Shown one piece after another: positions 25,294 to 36,180 of a DNA stretch of 64,000 bases. The stretch spans positions 20,772,001 through 20,836,000 of the forward strand of contig OZ249436.1 in assembly GCA_965235115.1 (NCBI GenBank), written 5' to 3'. The notes below the pieces were generated by a model that worked only from the letters and a program-made list of their open reading frames with translations, searched no databases and had not been told where the DNA came from. The translations under genes and the position numbers were made by a program. The DNA is from Laetmonice hystrix. Lineage: Eukaryota. The stretch's first letter is position 1; each line of letters starts with the position of its first letter.

Positions 25294-26331
25294 ATGAAAG
25301 CCGACCAAGAGAGGGTTAAGCACCTACTGACGGACACTGTCACCTTACTGTGTAAAAATGGTATTCAATATTCAAAGGAACTCCGGATTGAAGCACTGGT
25401 GGGCATTACTGTAGACCAGCATGACGTTTTCTTCGTTCACATCAGTGAAGGATTCCTGAGTTCCTCTGCTGCTCAAGCAAGTACCAAAGCTGCAGAAGGG
25501 CCCAAGGATAAAGTAACCACAACAGCTGCAGCGTCTTTAACTGACAAAATACAGATAAAAGCTGAAGCTGCTGTAGAAGAACAACAAGAGACTGCTTCAC
25601 CACCTACACAGACTACTGCAGCACCTACGGCAGCAAAGGTTATCTTGCCTCGAAAGTCAAATGATACACACAGTCCAAGCGGCAGCACCAACAGTCCAGT
25701 CCACCAAGCCAGCCCTCTTCCACAAAAACAAGTTTCAAAGGATGAAGAGTCAGAACAATGTATAGAGATCATACAGCCCCAAAGTGTTGATACATTGAGC
25801 GATGACGATGTGTTGGTTATAAGTCCACAGGTGCCCACAAAGTTAAAAAACCCGAGCCAAGTTGCTCATGCTGCAGTTAAAGTAGCTGGTCAAAAGAGGG
25901 TGCTTCGTCACTCCCAGAACCAACATCAAAAGGTGACTGTAATATCACCTGACAGTGATATCAACTTAGATGATACACAAGCTATGCAGCAAGGCTATTC
26001 GAAAGTAGTTGGAGAGCTTTTAGTGCATACACAGTATTCTGATTATAAATATGAAAAGCCTGAAGAAATTGGTGAGCCTCAAGTGAAGAGACAAATGCTT
26101 GATTGTGACCAGAGTAACAATGGCTACATGTCTGGTTATGGTCAGAAAGTAAAGCACGTAGACACTGGGAGTGACCATAACCTGGGCACTTCCTGGCCAC
26201 ACCTGTCCAGCATGACGGGAGAGTTTTCAGGACAGATGTCGGGGGAGAGTCCTCAAACCGGGTCACTCCCGGGATGTTCGTCATGGCAGTCGCTCTCAGG
26301 TGGCAGTCAAGTGGCAGCAGGATCAGAACTA
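25294..26331 (+). CDS. Gene B constant exon: same unrecognised N-terminal domain plus disordered linker
   Basis: 346 codons after an acceptor (ttttctcttcatag, 25197). MKADQERVKHLLTDTVTLLCKNGIQYSKELRIEALVGITVDQHDVFFVHISEGF aligns ungapped to gene A (31/54 identical by my count). IKAE, DDDVLVI and EPQVKRQ motifs. Phase-0 donor CTA|GTAGGT at 26331/26332. Confidence 0.85.
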
Positions 26332-27428
26332 GTAGGTGTCACTTTAAATTAGGGATCTTTGTTGACTATGTATACAAGTTTGCAAAAATTAGACCCAAGT
26401 GGTTTTTAGCCTTGGCCCAGCAGCTGGGCCAGGCTTTGGTCATACTCCTTGCCTTTCAGAACTACTGTCTCCCTTGTTTTTTTCTATTTGCTTTCACATA
26501 GTGCCATAATTTTATCCTATTTAGGAATGCCATGATGTAGAATGTGCTTTTCTTCAAATACTAATCCCTTTGAGTAAAAACACATTCAATTTATTAAGTA
26601 AAATTAACGAATGTCAATTTTTCACCTGCCCCCAGATGAGTGTACTTTTGGACTTTGCTGTCAGGAAGAACGCTGCTCTCAAAATTGCTGTCATTGGTCA
26701 TTTTTTATTCAGAGAGACCTAACAAACATTTCAAGACTATTTTCAGCTTTGCACTCGTTCACTTGAATAAATGTCATTTTCGACCCCCCTTTGGGGGGTT
26801 GCTGTCAGTGGCGTAGCCACATTAAAAATTGCTGTCACCAATCAAATAAAGATTGGGCACTGTTTCCAGCCTTACCATCGTTCACTTGAATAAATGTCAT
26901 TTATTGCACCTTTGTTCAGGTATTTTGGGGGTCAACGCCACCTTGCTGGCCCGGCAGCAATACCTTAAATGTCAAGGAATGACTCTAGAATGAATCCATG
27001 AAGTCAAACCTTTTGCCCTTATTTACATGATTAAACATTCTAGGCTCCCGGTCTAACTCCCCCGTCCCCGCGACGCTGCCTGCTGAAAAACCCCTACATT
27101 GTAAACGATCTTGTCTTACTTATTAGTGACTTTTAATGTTGTCTATTCACTACCTAGTAAATGCCGCGCCATTTTTTAGTCCTTTGGGACTAGCTTGCAG
27201 TATCTACTGGGCATTTTGTTGGCCAGATAGTAGCTTGTTTGGTGTACATGCGTGCCTTAAAAAATCTGGAACCGGGACGCCGGAGACAACCAAAATTTCC
27301 ACTCCTATTAAGGCGATAGCATAGGTACTCGCCGGGCTACCGACCCTATGTCTGCCTGGCCAGTGGACTACCATGCAAGATTTTTCTAGACCTGTGTGTG
27401 ATTGTATTAGGCACGGAGCTTTTTTCAG

Positions 27429-27635
27429 TGTCCAAGCCAAGGCAATGGAAGGCATCTCAACGACACTCAGTCGCCCGATATGTCCAACAATGTGCAATTG
27501 TTGGAGATGTCAGATGAAGACCTTCTTGAATCTACAAATCAATGGATTATATCTGTGTGTGAATTTGGATTACAGAATCAATGCAAGGCAAAGAAAAGTA
27601 TATTACCTGGGTGCTCCTGTCACTCTCATGCTTGA
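27429..27635 (+). CDS. Possible additional phase-0 terminal exon of gene B (68 aa, no recognised domain)
   Basis: Acceptor ctttttttcag|TGT opens CPSQGNGRHLNDTQSPDMSNNVQLLEMSDEDLLESTNQW...CHSHA* in phase 0; could be chance. Confidence 0.3.
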   Translation, partial: CPSQGNGRHLNDTQSPDMSNNVQLLEMSDEDLLESTNQWIISVCEFGLQNQCKAKKSILPGCSCHSHA

Positions 27636-27801
27636 ACACAAGTTCTACTGTGAAACAAAGTTTCTGCTTGGTTTTAAAACTGGAGTGAGAATATAACACC
27701 CCACCCCCACCAACAGCCTGCTATTTTTGGAAGAACCTTCTTTTTTAGTGGGTATTGGTAAGAGCAGGGGATAATTATTGTTGGAGTAACTAAATGTTTC
27801 C

Positions 27802-28220
27802 CAGGGTGTGCAGCAACTTGAAAAGTGCTTGAATTTTCAGGCCTGGCTTGAAAAGTACTTGAATTTTGACAGGGTTTTGAAAAATGAATAAAAACCTTGA
27901 AAAGTGCTTGAATACCTGTGTTTTATCCTTGAATTTGGTGGGAGGGAGGCAGTAACGAAATCGGGGCATGATGTACATGTAGTCTTAAATTCTTAGGGAT
28001 TTTGACTGCTCGCAACTGCCGTCGGCTATTCTCCGTCATTTTATTTTTGCACAAAAAGTATTGCATGAACAAGAAACATATCTGCAGTGACTAAAGTCAG
28101 ATACAGTCCTATTAATTGACCATACTAGCTCAGATTTTGCCACGTGCATGTCCTTGAAATTAGAGAAAATGGCCTTGAAAAGTCCTTGAATTTTTTTGGT
28201 GAAATTTGCTGCGCACCCTG
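27802..28220. mobile_element. CAGGG-terminated non-autonomous DNA element
   Basis: cagggtgtgcagcaa ... ttgctgcgcaccctg inverted termini with repeated cttgaaaagt.cttgaa subterminal motifs. Confidence 0.6.
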
Positions 28221-28413
28221 TTTCCAGAAGTAGATTAAAGAAAATAATAATAAAAAAGCTTCAAGTGTCATTTTTTAAAAAACCACTGGTTATACAAACA
28301 GGATAATTTACTTTTTTGGGCCAAGGTTAATGCAATAATGGTGTGCTACTCTGAAATTAGAAAGTTATTCCACTTGTAATGTTCACAGATGTGCTTTGTC
28401 TAAATATTTTCAG

Positions 28414-29449
28414 GTTGATCATAACCGCGTGGGAATGTACCCATTGAGAGAATCAATATTAGAGCGTCGATTTGCCGCACGCACCAGACAGAATATTCCA
28501 GGCAATACCCTTAGGCGCAATGAATGGGCAATGCGTACATTTAATTCATGGGCAGTTGCTCGTAATGAAAGAATGGCCGATGCCAGTAGCATTGACACTG
28601 TTGCAGTGAAAGATGAGTACACTAAAGTAAAGAATCTTGACGTTATGACTATGAGTGATGAAGAGTTAAACTACTGGCTAGGTAAATTTGTTGTTGAAGT
28701 CCGGAAGGTTGATGGAACAGAATATCCACCGAGAACCATAATGTCTATTCTAACGGGCATACAGTCCTACATTCGCCTGGCGCGCAACCGTCAACTTGAC
28801 ATAATGACAAATGAAGCATTCAAAGGTTTTCATCAAATCATGAATTCTGAATTAAGTCGTCTTTCAGCAAGTGGAGTGGGTCAAAAAAGGAAAGAGCCTG
28901 TAGTGTTTTCTCTAAGTGATGAAGAAAACCTTTGGAAAACTAAGGAACTTGGAGACCACAATCCGGTGATGTTGTTGAAAACTCTGATATTGCTTAATCG
29001 GAAGCATTTCGGCCTTTATGGCCGTCGAGAGCATCGCAACCTCCTCTTCAACCCTCCACAAATAACACTTCATGAACCACCAGGCAAGCTGGCATATCTA
29101 AAATTCACTGGCGATACATCCAAGAAACCAGGAAAAATTGAAAGAAAGGAAGTGATCTACCAATTGGCCAATCTGGCCTACCCAGAGAGGTGTCATGTGC
29201 AGCTGTATAAAACGTACATGTCCTTGTGCCCCCAGGATGGGCGAGATGGAGCATTTTACCTCACACCCCTGCAAAATTCAAAGGACAATACTAGGGGAGT
29301 CTGGTACAGCCGCCAGCCTGTAGGTGCAGCTCAGTTAGCCAAATACATGGCAGAGATATACAATAGAAACTCTGAGGCAACACAGTTTGAGGGGGAAGGC
29401 GAGCAAGAACATCAGATTATAGAAGGGACAGGGCCCAGATCAGTGCAAG
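28414..29449 (+). CDS. Gene B alternative exon: Crypton-derived tyrosine-recombinase-like (DUF3504; ZMYM/KCTD1/QRICH1-like) domain
   Basis: Acceptor atattttcag|GTT, phase 0. Motifs NT.R...WAMRTFNSW, ELNYWLGKFVVEVRKVDGTEYPPRTI, HFGLYGRREHRNL, ERCHVQLYKTYMSLCP, FYLTP and WYSRQPVG are typical of DUF3504 proteins. Probable donor G|GTAGAG at 29449. Confidence 0.82.
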
Positions 29450-30009
29450 GTAGAGTATTAAAGTTTTTATTGTCCTATTATGTAAGTCTTTACATCTGGG
29501 CTTCCTCTAGGCAAGAATAGTCCTTAGCCACCGTGACTAAACGGGTAATCAAATGTTTTAGCCACATCAAAATTTTTTTATCCATTTTATTTTTTCTCAC
29601 TCGAACTAAATAAAATATAAAACCTGGAGTTGTGTACACGTTTCAGAAAAAATGGCATGAATTTCCTCCATCTCCGGATTTTAAAGTTCGCCAGTGTGGC
29701 GAAAACATGGTGTGTTTTGTTATATTACGTTTTGCCACTTTGCTATTGTTTTTGCCAAATGCGAACGTGATGAACGGCTAGCGGAAGCCCAACCCATGTA
29801 TTTAAGCCTCATGCACTGCCTAGGTACCTTGTAACCATCTAAGTTACAACTCACCGGCATATACATTAAAATTATAGTGGCCAAATTTGTATAGGCCCAT
29901 GCCTCAACGTAAGAGGAGGTGTTCTGACTGTGTCTTTCATATGACATTTAGAGAATAAAGCTGTGGTTGGTTTATACACAATATATAGGGTCATCTTGTT
30001 TCTTTTCAG

Positions 30010-30056
30010 TCCCAGGTGGAAACCTGAAACATGAGGGCGAAGGCCTCGAGTGTTGA
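30010..30056 (+). CDS. Probable short last coding exon of the DUF3504 isoform
   Basis: Strong acceptor tcttgtttcttttcag; a phase-1 join gives VPGGNLKHEGEGLEC*; AATAAA at 30249-30254. Confidence 0.5.
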
Positions 30057-30554
30057 GGTTTTTCACCAGGCACACAGGTAAGTTGAGCAGCGCTATTGTA
30101 AGAATTGTGAATGGCCGTGAGCCTCCTCCCAATAGCGAAGCTAAACATACCTGTTGGCTGGTAGAGGCTGATTATCTTTAGCTATCTGCACCTCGCACCC
30201 ATGACTGGCTGTTGCCTCTTGTAGGGCAGTGCAGTGTCTTATTTTCAGAATAAAAGTTCTTAGACTTGCCCTCAGGAAATTGAATTATTTTTGTCCATTC
30301 TGATTTGTCAGGGTCTCACATTTGCTGAGAATAGTTTGAATTATATGGCAGGGTTCATGGGTAGTGTTGCCAGAACATTGGTGACCTTAAACTCTAAAAC
30401 ATACTATTGGTCTGGCAAGCGACATAAATCCATGTGAGTTACATCATAATTTACATAACTGAAAAATGACTTGTGTAGATTCAGGTAGGTATCTGGTTAT
30501 ACAATAACTATTTATTATGTAGACATACTAAATGGTATTTTGTATATTTTACAG

Positions 30555-30743
30555 TGGGAGAACGTGCTGGAACGACAACGGACTGTAGTTCAGTGGAAGC
30601 CATATGTGTGCACCATTCCGGGATGTGGCAAGGGCTTCCACCATTTACCTAGTCTGTGCAAGCATCGGCGTGTCGCCCATGGCTTCTCCAAAGGCAGACA
30701 TCAAGACCAAATGGCTCACTTCAACCAATGGCAGTCTGACTAA
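30555..30743 (+). CDS. Gene B alternative terminal exon: single C2H2 zinc finger
   Basis: Acceptor atattttacag|TGG, phase 0; KPYVCTIPGCGKGFHHLPSLCKHRRVAH then stop; AATAAA at 31736-31741. Confidence 0.78.
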   Translation, partial: WENVLERQRTVVQWKPYVCTIPGCGKGFHHLPSLCKHRRVAHGFSKGRHQDQMAHFNQWQSD

Positions 30744-31014
30744 TAATACCTCTCATAGACTCGGATTATAAAAGGAATGCAGTTGTTAACTCAACAAACA
30801 GCTGACAAAGAGACATGTTGTACATGATCTTTCAGGAAAAATACTCGGAACATTTAGCATAAAGTTGACATAACTTGTTCTATATGAATTCTCTAAGTTA
30901 TCAGAATTTCGCTTATTTCAATACTGATCCACATGTCTGTCTCAGTCTAAGGCATTCTGCACTACACATGGACACCGAGCACGTATTTTGAAGGACATTA
31001 AAGCCATTCACGAT

Positions 31015-31378
31015 TGTCTCCCATTTCAATGACGCCAAAATGCAGACATGGGCTGTCAGGTTAGATAAGGCCGTAGACTACATGTAGAAATGGGGAAAGC
31101 TAATGAAATTCAACATTTCAGTTGCCTGATAAAATCATTGACCTGGCATTGACTTGAACAGCCAACGAAATTCATTGGTTCACTGGCTGATGAAGTTCAT
31201 TAGCTGTTAGACCTGTAAACAACCAGCCATGGGACGATCGCTTTATAGCGACAACAGGCAATTGGAATGTTGAATTTCATTAGATTGCTCCATTTCTGGG
31301 TACCCATTTATTGCTTTATGTAGACGAAGGCCTATCCTAACAACCCATGTCTACATTTTGGAGTCATTGAACTAAGAC
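31015..31378. mobile_element. MITE, shared family with 14433-14754
   Basis: ttcaatgacgccaaaatg / cattttggagtcattgaa termini and a shared internal sequence. Confidence 0.65.
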
Positions 31379-32358
31379 TTTATTTATTAAAATTTTGAGC
31401 ATTCTGACATTTTCCATTTTACCTGAAGCTGTCTAGCTACATGAAAAGTACACGTGCTTCTTTATGACTGGAATTATGATATACATCACTTCTGTGTCTT
31501 AATTGAGAAAGGTATAATTTTATACCATTGTCTTCATTGTGTACCCTTCTGTGTACTTCTGCCATTATTACATTGTATCTGAAACCAGAGTAAATCCACT
31601 TCGTAATTGTTGATTCGTTGACAAGTATCCTACCTTGAACATCTGTATGATGTTTGAACACTGAAGAAGGAATGCATCTGTTGTCTTAAATTATACATTG
31701 ATCGCTGTATTTAAGTTATTGAATATTTCTGAGAGAATAAAGAAGTATATTTTTCAGTCACTGTTTTGATTTTTTTTTTTTATTACGCTGTCAGTAGCAG
31801 ACTTCTTGTTTATAGGAGTTAATCCGAGTTAAAGAAAATGTAAACTCTTGACCGTATGTTTACTCTCACAACAATCCATTCCAGTGGCCTTATTCACTGG
31901 TCCATTCTAAATTCATCACATCACATCACAAACCGTTACCAAACAAAAACAATTTATTCCTTTTTAACAGTTTTGCTTGAATGAACATCTAGGCCTCCAC
32001 TGTAATTAGTGGCTGTCTGGCTACTGGTTGGCATAATTTTGAGAAACTGTGACTCAAAACACGGGCAGAGGAAAACATTGAAAGGTCTTCTCTGAAAAAT
32101 AGAATGTAAGGGGGAAAAGACAAAAAAAAACCGCCCCCCTCGGGTCTCGGTTCCAATGTCTGGGTATCGTAAGCCTACATGTAGACATAAGAAATTATGA
32201 CTATCTGGCGTCGGGCTGTTAATGGTTGATTCACATAAACAAAACTTTTGTCTAAATATGTGACAGATTTATGTGACGTCTAGCCGTATTATCATTATCG
32301 AAATTATGACTATATGTCATAGTGATATTCCTAATAGCTGTAGTATTCCTTTTTGCAG

Positions 32359-33093
32359 GGAAATTCCTTCAGCAGCCCAGTACGTGGTTACAAGAACCCT
32401 CGTAATAACACCATGTGTCAGCCTGTACGGGACGTCCTCGAGAGTAGCCTTGCCCTACCTGTACTCATGGAGGCCAAGAAGGTGACAGCCTTTCGACTTT
32501 TCTGGCGAGGACATGACACTATTCAGGGGTGGGAAAACATTATCTACAACCGCCTGGAACTCGACGCCCTAATCGCTGACCATCCGGGGGTTTCGTTCTT
32601 TATATCGGCCGTCACAGCCACAGCACGAGACATTAAGACGACAGCAGGTAATGTCGACGCCCGGCTACGAGCCTATCCAGCTCTCGGATACTGGGTGGCC
32701 TCCAGAGAGGCAGATTTTGATCAACATTTTCTCATGAAGCGCTTGACAAATGCAGCAACTGGAGCAGAGCTGAAGACGATGCTTCAGAGCGATGGTGAGA
32801 AAATGACCGAGGTGGCAGCACTCAATCTCATTGTGAAGGATTATGGTAAGGGATATGTTCAGCAGAGAGTCAGTGAGAGTGCTTCCATTTGTTGTAATCC
32901 CGAAGAAGAACATCCAACAATTCGCTTCATCCTCAAAGAAGACTACTTTGAGGAGAGACTTCGAGAAGCAGTTGATCTCCTTAATGGTGTGGGATGTCCT
33001 GTGTCCCTTGAGAAAGTAGATCTGGACGGAGCAGAGAATGATCAGGATATCCAAGAGGAAGAAGAAGAAGTCGAGGACACTGCGACCACCTAA
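32359..33093 (+). CDS. Uncharacterised 244-codon coding exon with acidic tail; either another gene B terminal exon or a separate gene
   Basis: Acceptor attcctttttgcag|GGA in phase 0; long ORF with globular-looking composition, more GC-rich than its flanks; internal ATG (MCQPVR) also available; no domain recognised. Confidence 0.65.
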   Translation, partial: GNSFSSPVRGYKNPRNNTMCQPVRDVLESSLALPVLMEAKKVTAFRLFWRGHDTIQGWENIIYNRLELDALIADHPGVSFFISAVTATARDIKTTAGNVDARLRAYPALGYWVASREADFDQHFLMKRLTNAATGAELKTMLQSDGEKMTEVAALNLIVKDYGKGYVQQRVSESASICCNPEEEHPTIRFILKEDYFEERLREAVDLLNGVGCPVSLEKVDLDGAENDQDIQEEEEEVEDTATT

Positions 33094-35582
33094 TAGTATT
33101 GTAGCATTGAAATGGGACAAGGGAGTGGACGATCTGCACATCAGCTTAGCATACATGACCGGCACAATGAAGTCCTCAGGAGTCAATAATTCAAGACCAA
33201 AGACTAAACAGTGTTGAAATTTATTCTTCACCATTGTCTGACTTTGATTACAACTACACAATGTCATTTATTCATAAACATGTTTACAGGTATCTGCAAT
33301 AGAAGTACATAGGACTAATTTAAGTTTTTTCGTTATTGTTTTTTTTTCTTGCGGATAAAAATTGCTCTTTTCTAAAGAATCGATCCCAATCCCAATTCAC
33401 ATAAGGTCTCAGCAGTAAAATGTATTATTTGCATAAGTGTTGCATACATGTGTATGTATGTTTGTGGTTGCACTCTCACTGAAATAATCTACATTAATCA
33501 TATATTTTGGAAAAAAATGTAGGTGCCTGTACCGGTAGTTTGAATTGTGTATCCCTTTTGCACTGTGCTTAACTGCCAGTGTTATTGAAGTAGTTGGCTG
33601 CCCCTGATATGGTGATGAGAGTGCAAAAAGTGTATATTACTACAGACTTATCGTTATGGTATTGTGGTAGCTGGTAAATTAGGCAAAGCATGATCGTATT
33701 GGAAAACTACTGATAGTAATTGGTGGTACGTATTCTACTTAAAATTTTAAAAATCTTTTAACATGCTCACCTCAAGCAAACACTTGCGTTAATTTATAAC
33801 GACAGAAAGTGAATATTGGAATTTTACTTTTATCTTATTTTCTGAATGTTTAAGTTCATCAAAAATTAGTTTAACAAAGTTTTCGGTTTTGAAGACAAAG
33901 TTTCAGCGTTATGACACCAAGACTTAAAACAATAAGTCCCTCCATAGATTATTAACCCTATCTGCTACCTCCTTTCTCATCCCCATATATTTTCCCATTT
34001 GGAAACTTCACTAGTTCAATGATCTTGATCGAGTGTCAGTGAATAGACTTGCAAAATGACGTTTGCATGTAAAAGACGAATATTGCGAACAAGCCTGGTT
34101 GGTATATCGGCTTGTCGGCATAGATTTTCTCATGACCCAAGTAGGAAAATATATATCCTTGTACACGGTTGACAGTGAATAATTAAGAGAAAAATATCGA
34201 GTACTTTCTGGTCATGCAGAACTTAGCTTCAACTCCTTTAAACTTAAACTGATCCTGTAAGACTGACATTTTATCTTAGTGAGTAAGTCTGTTTGTGTTT
34301 CTCAAACTGCCAACGATCATTTTTATACCACTTTCTTTTCTGAGGGGATATATCGGTTTTTAGTGTAGGGACATATGAAATACTTCCTTGCAGCTCTACA
34401 GTACATAGGAGTAAAAAGCAGTATTAATTGCAAGCACTTAATGACCTACATAATTCTTTGTTGCCTTCAGTTTCGAGTCTGCTTTTGTTGATTATGGACA
34501 ACGGTAGAGTGATATGTGCACCAGATTTTATTACCTACTTCCGTGTGGGCTTCCATGAAGAAATCTACCTGGCAGAATAACTGAAGAGCAAATTTCAGTA
34601 GAAACGATGACACTGAAGTGGGCTGGTCTGGTTTCGGAAATGAAGGGTTTTCTAGCCAATGGCTGTAGAATAGCCATGTTATGGTGAAGATGAGGCCCTA
34701 ATTTTGGTGTAGAATCAGTATTGCGAGCAACGACACCCTCAATATGAGTCTGGTAAACAGGCAAAAAAAAGTGTTGTTCATACACAGAGAATGCTTTTCT
34801 TTTTTACGTTTACAGAATGTTTTTGAACACCTAGTGATTTACAATATTCATGTAGTGTGTGCTAAGGTAGTAATAATTGGGACGTTCACGTTCTAAGTGG
34901 GCTGTTTACTGAGCCGTGGGGCAGACGTTTTTACTTGCCCTATATATTTTTTAAAAGTGCTTGCATGCATATTTTCAAAAAGTGCTAAAACGGTCAGTTT
35001 GCCTGTCTTAGACTGTGGGAAAAATTGGAGAAGATCTATTAGAGAACGGCTTGAAACAAACCGCATTCTCTTATTGTAAACTTGGATTTTTATCCTCTAA
35101 TATTTAGAGCTTGATGATCTGTGTTTTCTACGAATTTTACCCAGAAATTCTGAACTTTGCCAGGATTGATATTACATGTATTAAGTCGTGAGGTTAAGGA
35201 ATACGTAGGCTCTGTGGCGCCATTTGTTTCTGGAGCCGTTGCAGGCGAGTTAGCTTGAGAAATAAAAAGATGCACCTACAAGGGGGGATGCCGGTTACAT
35301 ACGTTATCCTGAAGACACGATTGGGATACTGTCTGACTAGATAAGGGGAGTCCGGTTTGCTGGAGTTAGGTAGCATCTTCTGATCAGATCACGTTTGTTT
35401 AAACTGTCAAAAGTCGGTAGTCATTTCAACGATGCAAACCTTCACACTACATGTATTACATTTTTCATAATCATAATTTAAGTAGGACATGATTTCTATT
35501 ACTTCTGGAATTTAAAATATGTAGAGTATAACGACAAGTGCCCAGATATACCGTACTAATAATTTGCTATCGTATAGTCAAC

Positions 35583-36180
35583 ACAGTGGAGTCCGGTTAT
35601 AACGAAGGGGACCGCGGCAAGAAAATTCGTTATCTGCGGAATTTCGTAACAGGGAGACGCATAAATGTTTCAGTTGGCCACCAGGGGGCTCTCCCAACTA
35701 GATTTAGTCCAGGGGCCCGTCTTGCTAACGTAGGTCGCCGCAATATCGCCGTCAAAGTCGTCAAATTTGCTGTTATTATGTATCGACTGGCCGTTCGGCG
35801 AGGAATATTCTTAGTAAGACGGGCCCCTGAAGTCCGCGTAGCTGCCGCTAGAGTGCTCTCTAAGTTGGCCGACCTAATCACCAATCATTTTTTTGTTTAG
35901 GACCAATAAATAGGCCTGAGACTAGAGACCATGGCCCTCAGGTGGCAAAAGTCGGCATTCATTTTTGGACAAGTCGGTGTTTTCTTCACAAGTCACTGCT
36001 ATAGTAGGCAAGCTAAACATGGGCGAAGGACTTCGTTATTATAGCGAAAATTCGTTATAGGCAAACTTCGTTATATCCGGACTAAATTATATTAAACATA
36101 ACAGAGTGTGATTCCGTTCCTGAAATTGACTTTGCTATATGCGAGAATTCGTTATAAGCGTGTTCGTTATAGCCGGACAT
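35583..36180. mobile_element. Tc1/mariner-like MITE containing a nested palindromic MITE
   Basis: cagtggagtccggttataacgaa ... ttcgttatagccggac inverted ends with repeated ttcgttat; nested ggggcccgtct...agacgggcccc at ~35711-35828. Confidence 0.55.

Noticed and set aside
32665..33267. 200-aa minus-strand ORF
   Set aside because: Antisense shadow of the better plus-strand ORF 32359-33093.
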